From Cirrosporium novae-zelandiae (taxonomy: Eukaryota), in NCBI GenBank assembly GCA_026023565.1, contig JAPETS010000036.1, forward strand, positions 124,001 to 188,000: a stretch of DNA of 64,000 bases, read 5' to 3'. The position numbers were made by a program, and so were the translations under genes. Below are positions 1 to 13,272 of this stretch, one piece after another. A model generated the notes under the pieces. It worked only from the letters and a program-made list of their open reading frames with translations. It had not been told where the DNA came from and ran no database searches. The number at the start of each line of letters is the position of its first letter. The first letter of the stretch is position 1.

Positions 1-804
<804 letters not shown>

Positions 805-1527
805 GATGCTAACATACAAGCTAGACTTTAGTTGCAGTCAAGACGGAAAAATCAATTGTCAATGAAAATGAAATAACTCAATCACCATGGGATTGAGAGG
901 AGAGATATATATATGACAATATGATGGAAATATCTCCCGGCATGCCGACAAAAGAACAGGTTATACGAATTCCCATGAACGATTGCTGGCTAGGGCCCAT
1001 AGTATCTAGCGGTGCACACGGAGTAACAATCATTGGAGAAGGTGATGGTGGAGAGTCTGGGGATAAGCATATCATGGTTAAGCCAAAGGATTTTGGCGGG
1101 AAATTTATCGGCATATCGGGCCTTGGTCCGGTTTTCTTCCTGTGAGATCGAGGGGAAGATGGAAGATGGGAGACACAAGAATGCATAATGAAGTCATTTA
1201 CAGATATTGATATTTCTGTTTAACACAATGTACTCTAAGCATTTAACCGTATGTCTTATCTATCATCATGGGAAAATATTTGCACTGCGTTGATCGGCTG
1301 TTTTAAACCCATATCCATCAAAAGCCCATTTTGCATCATGCAATCGTAAAGCCATCCATGGATACCAACCCCCGCTCCCACATTAAATGGAAAGAACGCC
1401 TGAAATGCAGCCCGTGATGAGCACCCCACCCCCCCAATAGCACCTTAGAGTAAGTCCACCTTCTTCCATCTTACCCGCCAAAACGCCTTGCTAGAACGAG
1501 CCCATATCCATCAAGTTTTAAATCCAC

Positions 1528-3964
1528 CTAGTTGATATCCATACCCTCGTCTTCATCTCCATCTGCCTCTTCAGTATCATCCCCTCCCACTACCGTCCCT
1601 CCACTAATGCTTCCCAATCTTGTTCGTGCTCCTAGACCTCCGATGCCGCCGATCCCTAGCTTTCCACCACCTAAGCCTCCAACGTACTCGAGTTCCTCAC
1701 CTCCAACAACACGTCCTTCCACATCAACAACTTCACAGAGGTCCATCAGACTCTTCCTATCCATTCGGCGAAAGCCTTCCGTCCTCACAATGCGTCCCCA
1801 ATGTAGAAGACAGAATGAAGCAGCACGTTTTTTCAACCATTCTTCACCGGCAATTCCGGCTCGTTCCCAAACCACGGCTGCATTTTCCACGTCTAGTTCT
1901 CTAGTAAGACGATTGACGCACAATACTCGAAGTTTAGGCATATCGTAGCAATTTGAAAGGACCAGCATTCCAGCAACATCCGTCAGACTCTTGCAGTACT
2001 GGCTGTGGTAGGCAATGCTATCAGTGTAGAGGTAGTATAAAAAGGCCCGAACGACAGAATATGGTTCTGGGATGTGCATTTTCTTGGTATGATATTCGGC
2101 CATCTGGGTAGCGTAGGCACGTCTAAAGTGAGGCCATCGAGACCGAAGGATAAATAGGTGAACATGTATTGGAACAGAGGAGGGTGACTCTGTTAGGGTA
2201 TTGTCGTGCTGAGTTAGTTGAGACGATGTAGAAATCATATCCTCATCTTCAGTAAAATCAATGTCATCCCTTGCAGCGGTAATAACAAAGTCAGATAGAC
2301 TGCCTGATTCTGGAGGTTGATCAAACATCGATGCCAGATCAGCTCCAAGTCCACAGATGGGACGATGTATAGTGCGGTCCAAAACTTGACTTTTACTTCT
2401 TTCAAAGCGAACTTCGGCGGCCATCTTATTTCCAAGGAGACCGAATTTGCGTAAATCAATGGACATAATGTCACTCAAATATTCCTCGGAAACACCATTT
2501 GCGACTTCTGGTTGATCTGTAATTGTCCTGCAGCCTAGAAGCCAAGCCTTTGTTCCATCTTCGTTGACCGTGCAATACTGCCACCTGTAATTTGGGTCAA
2601 ATATTTCAACACCCTCGGCAAGCTTCTGCCAACGCAGGGTATCAAGCTCCAAAGACGATAGATTACATTGCCAAGGACGAATTGTAGGTGCTGGAGTAAC
2701 AAAGTCGACAAGGGTACCGGAGGAATAGACATGGAAATGGGTTCCTGACGTTTGGCACGGTACATCTGGACCAGAAACAAACTTGAGCGATGAAACTGTT
2801 CCTGGAACAATGGGACGAGGGGCTAAAGCTGCGGCTCGCACTTGAATGCTGGTGGAGTTTGCGGCGTAGCCGCTAGTTCCAGTGGTGATTTGCTGCGATT
2901 GATTAAAGCCTGATCTTTGAACCGCACGGTTCTCATTGATCCGTGACAACTCGCCTGACTGGGCAGTCTCAAATGTCGGAATTCCCTTGAGATCAAGCCA
3001 CCAGACTTCACCGCCGCGCTCCATATTGTAGCTTAACCCCCCAAATACCCACAGTCGATTTTCCCATACCCAGATGCTGTGGTCATAGCGTCCAACAAAG
3101 CTCCAACTTCGTGACCACGTCCAGGTTTTCAGATCCAGATAGCATATCTCATCCAAGATATAATTTGTTTCACCCCCCGTCAACCCCCCCACGATAAAAA
3201 GCTTATCGTCATATATAGTAGCGGCATGTCGGGCTCGTCCTTTCGGTGTTGGTCCTTTCAACTCGGGCTGTGTCCAGTGAGCTGTTTTCAAGTCGAGGAC
3301 GACAAGGTCTGACAGGTACTCTCGATGTTCATTCTCGCCGCCATGAACCAGCAATTTATCTCCTTGATAAAGACAAGCAGTGTGACCTGTTGCTGATCAG
3401 CGAGATCTTTCAACCAAAGTTAGACAGGTAATACACACCCATGCGTACGCCTGGTATATCTCCATAGTTATCCACTAATGTCCATTGAAACGTCTTCAGG
3501 TCCAGCCTCAAAACATGATTGTATACTGGAGATCGAGTCAGTCGTCAGCATGTTGCACAAGGAGGATCTTGCATGATGATGACTAATACGCAGATATGAC
3601 CAATAGAATTGTTTTTTGACATGTTCAACATACCTTCATCTGTATATTGATCAAAGCCTCCAAAGGCGTAAATTTGATCGTTTCCTGCGTAGGTAAGAGA
3701 TGCATTGACAAGAGCGGCCGGCTTTTGTCCGGTTGTCTGTGCCAATTTTGGCCTGAGGCTGTCCGGGCTTAGTTGGCGGCCCTTGACTGGACTTGTAGGC
3801 ATTAGATATGTATTATTTGACGATGCAACCGAATCCGGCGTTCGATTTGGAGTCGTCCCAAGATTGATCCAACTCGAAGAAGATACGCCATTCGGTGGGA
3901 AGAGAGTGGTGGTGCTAGAATTATGTGACATGGATGCTGGAGTTGCTGGAGTTGCTGGAGCCAT
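1528..3964 (-). CDS. Kelch-repeat plus BTB/POZ domain protein, Ral2-like
   Basis: Kelch repeats (IYAFGGFDQYTDE, KLFIVGG, RLWVFGG) followed by a BTB-like region (SDFVITA...PIHVHLFILRSRWPHF...AFLYYLYTD). ATG at 3964, two GT-AG introns near 3632 and 3438. Confidence 0.85.
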
Positions 3965-4705
3965 GATTGTGTAATGAATGTAGTGTCTCCTAGCCCCTGT
4001 GAATAGTAAGTAGCCCCCGGGCAATCGTAGTCTCCGTAGTATGATCGTAATAGTAAAGGTATGACATTGTCAATCCTAAAGTACTCAAGTGGATGTAGGA
4101 TCGGTGGTGGAGCCTTTGTTCTTGAGCCGTCTACTTTCTGATGTTCAATTTTGGTAGCCGCAACGGGCTTACCCGCATTTAGACAGAGCTGAACTCTCAC
4201 GTGAGTTAGTCCAGTTGCTACATGGCAACGCGTTTGTTTTGCAAACAATATAAGAATACCGCTCTGGCTTCACCATTTCCTTTCTTTTTCTTCTTCTCCA
4301 TCATACCCTCATCTTCAATCCGCATTCCTCAATTATCATATTTTTCGCGCTCGCAAAAGCATTTATTGCCTTAGCTAGATTTAAATCTGTTCTCAATCCA
4401 CTAGACTTGAACAATTCGTCTCTGGTCGACCCTCCGATTGTGATAGCTTTTTCTGCCAGGCAAACTCGATTAATTCGATCTCTCGGCATACCATCGACTA
4501 CAACTATACGACTTTACTAACCCATATTACTTCCAGGATCCATTCGGTTGAGACTCTTGGAATCTCGTTGTTATACCGAAGCAACAGCTTATTGATAAAC
4601 CTTCGACCTATCGTCGGTTAATCGAGAACTTATACTAACCACAACAGCAATTTGATCGACACATTAGGTTGTCCAGTCGATCTATTTAACAGGAACTTTA
4701 TAAAA

Positions 4706-6581
4706 ATGGCAACTCCGTCAGTCTCAACACCAATGAAGAGCCATCATGGCATTTTCTCGACAAAGGTTGCTGGCGGTCGCATGCTACTTACCCCATCTCC
4801 CCGCACAAGAACCGCAAGCCTAAACACAAACAACTCACACGACTCCTCCCCATGCACTCCCAAGAGACAACCCAAGCAAACATACAGTGGTAACCTTTCC
4901 TCATACTTCTCCGCATCAAAGAAACAAGCTTTCCGTGACTCTCCAAAATCGAACATCGCCAGATCTAAGAGGACTTCTCCAAAGAAACTCGATCTTGGTG
5001 TATCAGACTGGAGACTGACTGGCACTGGCCCAAACATTCTTGGTCAATCTCCAACAAAAGAAAGGTCAAAGAAAGAATCTCATCGATCAAGGTCGGGGAA
5101 GACCACCATCCGAGTATCACACAGGTCTGGAGATCGGTTCATTCCAAGCCGAAGTGCTAGCAAGGGAATCACAACAAAAGGTGCTGTCAAGGGAGAAGAA
5201 AGACCAAAGAGCAGCAGCAGTGAATCTTCAGTTCTGTCTCGTCCTGCCACCGCTTTCGACATCGGTGGTCAAAGTGCCGACATTGATGCCACCGAGGCCC
5301 TTGAGGGCCTTAGTCTTGAAGATGATGAGCCAACAGGACTTAAGCGCACTGCCCCAGACGCTATTGCCTACCAATCATCGCTCGCATCTGCCTGCGGTGT
5401 AAATCTCAACACCAGAATTCTGGCCTTTAAGCCTGCTCCACCAGAGTCCTCAAAGCCAGTTGACCTCCGATCACAATACAACCGTCCTTTGAAGCCAGTC
5501 AACGCAGTTTCAGGACAATTTCGCCGACGTGTCCTTACCGCACCTGAAAGGGTACTAGATGCCCCAGGTCTTGTCGATGACTACTACCTTAACCTTCTCG
5601 ACTGGAGCTCCGGCAACCAGGTCGCTATTGGTCTCGAGCGCAGCGTCTATGTCTGGTCTGCCGATTCTGGCAGTGTAAACTGCTTGTTCGAAACTAGCGC
5701 AGACACATATATCAGCAGCGTCAAATGGAGCGGTGACGGAGCCTACGTTGGCGTTGGCTTGGGCACAGGCGAAGTTCAGATCTGGGATGTTGAAGAGGGC
5801 ACCAAGCTCCGAAGCATGCACGGCCATGATACCAGAGTTGGTGCTTTGGGATGGAACAAGCATATCCTCTCCAGCGGTGCACGAAGTGGCCTTGTCTACA
5901 ATCATGATGTTCGCATCGCTCAACACAAGGTTGCAGAGCTCGTTTCGCATACCTCTGAAGTTTGCGGCCTTGAATGGCGACCGGACGGTGCGCAATTGGC
6001 CACTGGCGGCAATGACAATCTCGTCACAATTTGGGATGCCCGCGACCTTGTCACTCCCAAGTTCACCAAGACAAATCACCGAGCAGCCGTCAAGGCTCTT
6101 AGCTGGTGCCCATGGCAACCAAGCCTCCTCGCTACTGGTGGGGGTTCTTATGACAGACATATCCACTTCTGGAACACCACAAGCGGTGCCCGCGTCAACA
6201 GCATCGATACTGGATCTCAGGTCACCAGCCTCCGCTGGAGCAACCACTACCGCGAGATTGTTAGCTCGGGTGGTTTCCCCGACAACTCGCTCAGCATCTG
6301 GAGCTATCCTACCCTTGTTCGCAATGTTGAGATTCCAGCCCATGAGACCCGAGTGCTTCACAGCTGCTTAAGTCCCGATGGTCAAATGCTCGCAACAGCT
6401 GGTAAGTCGACGAACTGTTATTTGGAAGAAGCCCTTGCTAACCTCTGTTATAGCTGCTGATGAGAGCTTGAAATTCTGGAAGATTTTCGAGAGGAAGCCT
6501 GGCACCAGTGCCTCAAGCGGCCGCGAAGGACGTGTTGGAGGCAAAGGAGGAGCAATGGCCAAGCAAATGACAATTCGGTAA
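4706..6581 (+). CDS. CDC20: APC/C activator Cdc20/Slp1 (WD40)
   Basis: C-box DRFIP, RVLDAPGLVDDYYLNLLDWS, WD40 repeats, and a C-terminal IR tail (MTIR*) after a GT-AG intron at ~6402-6453. Confidence 0.96.
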
Positions 6582-7415
6582 TAATTGACTTGATGTCCTT
6601 ATTGTGATATTGTCGTGCTTTTTAGCGAAGGCGTCGGTCGGTTATCATGCTTGGTTATTCTCAGGTTGATGGCAGGTTCATGCATGAACTGATATCATGA
6701 GGATTTTGGACTGGATGGTTTCTTGTCCCCGGGGATGGGATCATGACTAGTGTATTCTTTTCGTATCTGTACGTGTTCAAACCCATGAACAGCATTGTAC
6801 GTTTTTGGCGCCATTGGGATCAAATGTATATGGCAAAGTTTACTGGAGTATAAATAAATTATCAATTGAATTTTCAACCATATACAAACAAGATGAAGGG
6901 AATATTGTGAACTTCAGAGGTTGAATTCACACAAAAACTCTCATATGCGTTGATTACAGTAAATATTAAAATGTTGATGGAGTATTTTTTACAGACAGAC
7001 AGACAGACAGAAGGGTACAAAGGATACAAAGTACTGGTGGTCACATTGGCGTTGACCGCGGCTACTCGGTTAAGCGAGGACCTCCTACTGTACAAGATTT
7101 TCGTGGACTTTGACATTTCCATCATACAACTCATTTCTTAGCATATCGATCACGGGGACGCCTCAACAACCACCACTTACCAGCATCCGGACCTTTCATT
7201 CTAGACAAATTACTGACTTCTGGAGAAATTATCTACGTCAAGAAATAAAGATAGCATACCGTTACGTCGCCCGAGGCTTTGCCTCAACCCCATGCCACTC
7301 TCTTTCACCACCTAACCGGCTGCCGTTACCTCTTGTGCGCCTCCGTTCTTTGATCACGGCAAATTATAGTTGATTTTCCATACGTTTATAAGATCACTGT
7401 CTTGATCAAGCCAAG

Positions 7416-9318
7416 ATGTCGAACCAACTAGTTGTGAGTTCCACCTCACTCACAGCTTCATATTCGCAGTTTGGCGACATGAGTTGCGGGGAGGAAGCTG
7501 ATGTAATAATCATCGCAGGGTCAAGTGTTCGCTCGCATCATCGACGAAGTCATGGAGACATCTCGTGTTGATTTCGAAGAAGGTGGAGTTGAGCAGAATG
7601 TACTGGAAGAACTTCGTCAGGTTGGTTTATTCTTTCATTCCCATCTCATCATGGCATTTTTCGGCACGTTGCATCGGATCCAAGCACATATTTTTTTTTG
7701 TTTCCATTGTTTTAGAACGTGATGAAGAAAATGAAGATTTTTGATAAAAAAGACATTATTGAGATAGTGGTGGTTGATGAAAAATTTAATGGCTTTATGT
7801 ACCTGTGGGCTGTTTGGCTGTTGGGCAGATTTTCGGATTTTGCAGGCTTCAGTTCAAAGGGCGGGGTTTTTTGAAATGGGGACAGGTTTTTGAGGGGGGC
7901 TACGGTGTATTTGGGAGCCCATTTTAAATCAATTTTTCTGCTGCGCCAATTTCTTCAACAAAATTGTTTGGTTCGCTTGTTTGATCCCTGGCCCGTCTTC
8001 CGTGTGACTTGATCATATCCCCTCCATCCGCCTTCCGATGACTAACCCCCTCCCCAATCAATTCAATTCAAGCACCAAACAAAACCCAACTTTCCCAAAT
8101 TGTCAACTTTATGTTTGATTAGAGCTTTGGCCTTAATGATCTTGATGAATATGGCTTTTACTGACTTGATTATTTTAGATGTGGCGACAAAGATTATCTA
8201 ATTCTCGTTGTGCCCCATTTGTAAGTATCTCCCGACTCTGGATGATGATGGATTTGAAAGCATTCTAGAAGAGAGAGTACTGACTTGCTCGTTTGTTGTA
8301 GCCTTGGGATCCTCAAGCAGCCGAATCTTCTCCCAACCAAGTTCTCCAACCACCAACCGTTCCATCAAATGCTGCAGCCTCGCCTAATTTGCCACAATCA
8401 AGTATTGAGAGTCCTGTATCCACCCCCACTGCCAGCGGAAACAATGGAAACGGGCCCCATATCAAGTCTGAACCTGGCTACGAAGAAAATACCCCCTTAT
8501 CTCACGGTCATCCTCTTCCATCTGCCCTAAGAGCTGCTGAAAATTTGCAACGCATGTATGGGGATATGGCTCGTCCTCAAATTGTTCAGCTGCGAGCACA
8601 AGCCCATGCTCAAGCAAGCGCAGTGCGGGTTCAGCCTCACCAACAGCAAATCAAGCAGGATCCAGGCTTGCCTCAACACATGCCACCTCAATATCAGCAA
8701 GGTGTTCAACATCAAAATTCAACTCCCAATCTTGCAAAGGCTCAGGTTGATGGTGGAGGTGATAGCCTTGAAGAGTGGCGCAGATATGTGGCAGCTAAGA
8801 AGCAAGCCAATCCCGCTCATGCAGATAATCTCATGAGGCAACTTGCCCAACAAAATATGCAACGCATGGAAGGTGGCGGCTTACTAGTACCCTTGGATGA
8901 GCGCCCTCCTAGTTCTTCGGCACTAACTCGTGAACTCGCTTATCGACCAGGGTCAACGGTCGCAGGCCCATCAACGGCTCCCACGCCTACTACTTTGTCT
9001 CAGTCCTCACAGGTTCCTCAAGCTCCTCAACTTGATGGTAATGCCAGCGATGATGACGATGCCATCAACTCTGATTTAGATGATCCTGAAGAGGAAAATG
9101 TCTTTGAAGAAGATGAGAGTGAGGCAGGCGCGGGACAGATCATGGTTTGCACCTATGACAAGGTCCAGCGGGTTAAAAATAAGTGGAAGTGTACTCTCAA
9201 AGATGGGCTCCTGACTACTGGCGGCAAAGAGTTTGTTCTCTTTTATATGTATGACTCACATTTACTAACTGAAATTAGGTACGTCTTCCACAAAGCCCAG
9301 GGTGAATTCGAATGGTAG
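7416..9318 (+). CDS. TOA1: Transcription factor IIA large (alpha/beta) subunit
   Basis: Spliced N-terminus MSNQLV|GQVFARIIDEVMETSRVDFEEGGVEQNVLEELRQ|MWRQRLS...F|PWDP and C-terminal DDAINSDLDD...CTYDKVQRVKNKWKCTLKDG...YVFHKAQGEFEW. Four introns, one of 558 nt (7621-8178). Confidence 0.95.
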
Positions 9319-9922
9319 AATTTCGAGTCAGGCTTTATACTTGATAGGATTTGGACATGAAAATAGTCATCACCTAGGAAGCAGCTAGCTAGTAGACCAC
9401 CCAATCCTATCGCTGTGCCTTATTCGACTATTATTAAGGCTTTAGGAAAGTTAAGGGGACCTTTCGCCTATCTATCTAGGTATCTTTCTCATTCTTACCC
9501 CTGTTTGATTAATTCACCCATTCTCAATGACCCCCCGATTCATACAAATTGTACCTTTTCATTTGGGTGTTTCTTAGGGAAGTTACACGATTTTAAATAA
9601 CATGGATTTTTTTTTCTTTTTTTTTTTTCGTTTTTGCAAAAGGGATGGGCGAACCGGTCGGCACTTGGTTTTTGATGGGAGGGTGGATGGCTTGTGTTGT
9701 ATCTTAGAAGGACATGGAGTTTGGCACAGCACGCAGATAGTGTGGGCTTGGTTAGTTCAAACTTGAGCTAGAAATGAATAAATTTTGAAAAGGAAAATGA
9801 TGGTCACTAGATATCAGCTATGGACTGCTAATTAACCATCTCTTGGATTTTAACGAGAAAAGGCATTAAAGATATCTATCCCTATATACATACATACATA
9901 TATAAGCAAACTTCTTTCTCGA

Positions 9923-9970
9923 TCCCTCAAACAATCCCCTCAAACAATCCCCTCAAACAAATTCCTCAAA
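9923..9970. repeat. Short tandem repeat, ~12-nt unit CCCTCAAACAAT, 3-4 copies
   Basis: tccctcaaacaatcccctcaaacaatcccctcaaacaaattcctcaaa. Confidence 0.8.
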
Positions 9971-10961
9971 TCATCAATCTATCACACAATCCTTCAAACA
10001 AAATCAATCAACCAGTCACCCACCAATCCCAAACCAAAAATGAAAAAGAATTCTTAACTCTAGCATCCAACCATCGATCGATTGATCTATCCATCCATCT
10101 ATCTATCCCAGAGCAGAGTAGAGTAGAGGGTAAAGTAGAGGACATAAGGAAAAGAGGAAGAAAGGCAGTCCTGGCTTAAGTAAGTCCAATTTCCCAACCT
10201 ACTCGAGTGCCAACCTAGATACCTACCTACCTACCTAGGTGACTATCAGACATTCACTATGCATACATATCTACATGTCCATCTACACACATACTTATAA
10301 TTACCTAGGTAAGTAAGTCAGCCGTTTGTCCCCCCCTCTCTTTCCATTTAAAAAAAAAAAAGGATTATGTGAGCCATTCCTATCCCTCGATACCGATCCT
10401 GATCTTAGTATTCCAGTATTCCATCTCAGTATTCGGCCTCCCTCCCCCATCCTCTACTCGACACCAACATAATATAACCACTTATTAATTTAATTATTAA
10501 TTTTTATTATTATACAAATTTCTTGAGTCTTAAATTTGGGGTTATTGTATGTGTGTACATATGTGTATGTATGTGTATGCGTGTTTATCTTTAGATTTAT
10601 ATGGAATGTGAATGGGGGATATGAATGTGGATGTGAATGTGAATGAGGTTGTAGATGGAGTTTTGGAGTTTTGGAGTGTAGAGGCAGGCTGGATAGTTTT
10701 TATAATGGTAATAGTGATGGATACGTAGGTAGATATATACACATAGGTATCAACGAAAACTCAAGTCCAATTCCTTTCCCTTTCCCTTCTTTCTGTTTCT
10801 TTCCTTTCCTTTCCCCTTTCCTTTCCCTTTTCCCCAAGTTCCTTCTCAATATCCTTCTCACTTTCCTACCTTCCTTACTTTCCTACATTCCTATATTCTT
10901 ACCACCACCACCACCACTACTACGATATATCCAAATATCCAACTAACCCTAACCAAACCAA

Positions 10962-11090
10962 ATAAAAATAAAAATAAAAATAAAAATAAAAATAAAAATA
11001 AAAATAAAATAAAAACTAAAGTTGTTTTTCAAGTTGTGATGCGTTAGGGTGGAGTAGAGGGGAGAGAAGAAGAGAGGAGGGGAGATGTGG

Positions 11091-11121
<31 letters not shown>

Positions 11122-11126
11122 TGTAT
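10962..11126. repeat. Microsatellites (TAAAAA)n at ~10962-11012 and (ATGT)n at ~11093-11126, within an AT-rich low-complexity block (~9600-11570)
   Basis: Directly visible tandem repeats. Confidence 0.9.
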
Positions 11127-11571
11127 GAGTGTGCATATGGGTGTATTAGTTAGTATAGCGGTAGATATGATGGTTGAACGTCAAGAATTCCTTAGATTAA
11201 AAAAAATGCGGCCGCTTTCGTCCGCATTCAACTCATACATAATTACTATAATTATTAATTAACGAACAAATGGATATTAAAGTTTCATATGATTATGCTT
11301 TTTTTTTTGGTTTATCTCCGTATAAACTCCATTATGTGTATGTTTGATGCAAGGATGGGGATAACAGGGAGATACAAGGGAAAGGGAAAGGGAAAGGTGG
11401 ATTATGTGATATGGTCTGATATGATGGATTGGTATGTGGTTGGGGTATACCTATATAAAAGCTCTCTATAAACCAGAACCCTCACAAAAAAACAAAACAA
11501 AAAAAAACAAATAGCACACACATCCAATCCCATTCCACTACAACCATCTCTCTATATATACAGTAAATAAA

Positions 11572-12888
11572 ATGGCATTATCATCATCAGCTTCGACCTC
11601 CTCCCCACAACCACAACAACCACAAACATCATTCGGATTCACAACCACAGGCGATGAAGTCGTTTCTGCTTTCGCTGATCGTGTTAAAGGGAAAACGAGT
11701 TCGTTGCTCCACCCTAATCACCCCCTAAATCCCAATTCCAATCCCACCACCTCCTCCCCCCCATATCAAACTCCCACCCCCCCTAACCCCCCCCTCTAGT
11801 CCTCCTCACAGGCCCCACCCCCCAAAGCCTCGGCGCCAGCACAGCCCTATCCCTCGCCCGCGCCAGCCCCACGCACCTCCTCCTCCTAGGCCGCTCCGAA
11901 ACAAAAACCCTTCCCCTCCTAACCACCCTCCGCACCAACCACCCCACCGTCCAAACAACCTTCATCCCCATGGACCTGAGTTCGCAAACTTCCGTCCGCG
12001 CCGCCGTGGCCGAGATTAAAGCTTTGGTGTCTAAAATTGATATTTTGATTAATAATGCGGCTGTTATGGCTTGTCCGTTTCAGATGGCTGAGGGTTGGGG
12101 TGGGGATGGTGAAGAAGGGGGGAGAGAGGGAGTGGAAATGCAATTCGCGACTAATCATTTAGGACATTTTTTATTGGTCGGGTTGTTGGAACGGGCGGGG
12201 CTTTTGGCAACAAATGAAGAAAACGGGAAAGAAACGACAAGGGTGGTGTGTGTAAGCAGTACGGGACATCTTGTGGGAAGTGGGATTAGGTATGAGGATT
12301 GGAATTTTGGGCAAGGGAAAGTTTATGAGCCGTGGGAGGCGTATGGGCAGAGCAAGATGGCAAATTTGGTTTTTGCGAGGGCGTTGGCGAAGAGGTGGAG
12401 GGGAAAAAAGGGCGTTGCGGCTTTTTCGTGTCATCCGGGGTGTGAGTGTATTTTTTTTTCTTTTCTTTCTCTTCTTCTTCTTTTCTCCTTTTCCCCTTTT
12501 CTCTTTTTCTTTTGTATCAATTCTCCACTCCACTCCGCGCACTTTTTTTTTTTATTTCTTAGCCTTATTCGCTAACCATCACAAAGCCATCGCATCCAAC
12601 CTCCAAAAGCACGTAACCCCCTCAGAAATCGCCCGCCAACGCGCCGTCTACCAAAACCTAGCCCGCGAAGCCGGCACCGAGCACATCTGGATCGAAGGCC
12701 GCAAGACCCTGGAACAGGGTTGCGCTACCACTCTGGTGGCGGCGCTGGATCCGTCCCTCGAGCCGTATTCGGGGGCCTATCTGAAGAATTGTCGGATTGC
12801 GGCCAAGGAGAATGTGAGGGAGGTTGGGGAGGGGGAGGAGGAGAGGCTGTGGGAGTTGAGTGAGAGGTTGGTGGGGGAGAAGTTTTGA
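11572..12888 (+). CDS. Short-chain dehydrogenase/reductase (retinol dehydrogenase/WWOX-like)
   Basis: LLTGPTPQSLG nucleotide-binding loop, IDILINNAAVM, QFATNHLGHF and catalytic YGQSK. Introns at ~11699-11799 and ~12443-12586. TATA-like element at 11452. Confidence 0.9.
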
Positions 12889-13272
12889 GATGGGAGGGAG
12901 GTGATTAGGGGGGTTGGTGTTGGAAGGTAAACTAATAAATAAATAATTATATCTAATTAAGCGAAAGGATATGGGATATCTGTTTCTTGGGCGGATACCT
13001 AGTGTTGGTATATATGCGGCTGTAAGAGTCGAGGAAGCATGTGTTTTCGGGGTTGAGCTTTTGATTTGATAGGACACTTTTGCTTTCCATTTTGCTAGCT
13101 TCTCACCTAGCAGAAAAAATATGCACATGAATTATAAATTTCAATAGGGTTATCCAGAAAGTAATAGTCCACTTCATCAGCTCCGTCCTCCATATTTCCC
13201 TCCGAGCTAGATCACTCAGCTCATGCTAGAGCAGCATTACACACACACACACATATATGTCGCAATGCAAAA

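Noticed and set aside
4228..4250. ACGCGT (MCB) and forkhead-like AAACAA between the Ral2-like gene and CDC20
   Set aside because: Single short motifs expected by chance; not enough to call cell-cycle elements.
5555..6361. 268-aa minus-strand ORF
   Set aside because: Antisense shadow of the CDC20 WD40 region with no motifs of its own.
8240..8284. ATGATGA...CTGA in a TOA1 intron, resembling a C/D-box snoRNA
   Set aside because: Span is only ~45 nt and the CTGA is part of the intron branch point (TACTGAC).
10943..10954. CTAACCCTAACC, resembling a telomerase RNA template or interstitial telomere
   Set aside because: Only two units, inside C/A-rich microsatellite sequence; no recognisable pseudoknot or other telomerase RNA elements nearby.
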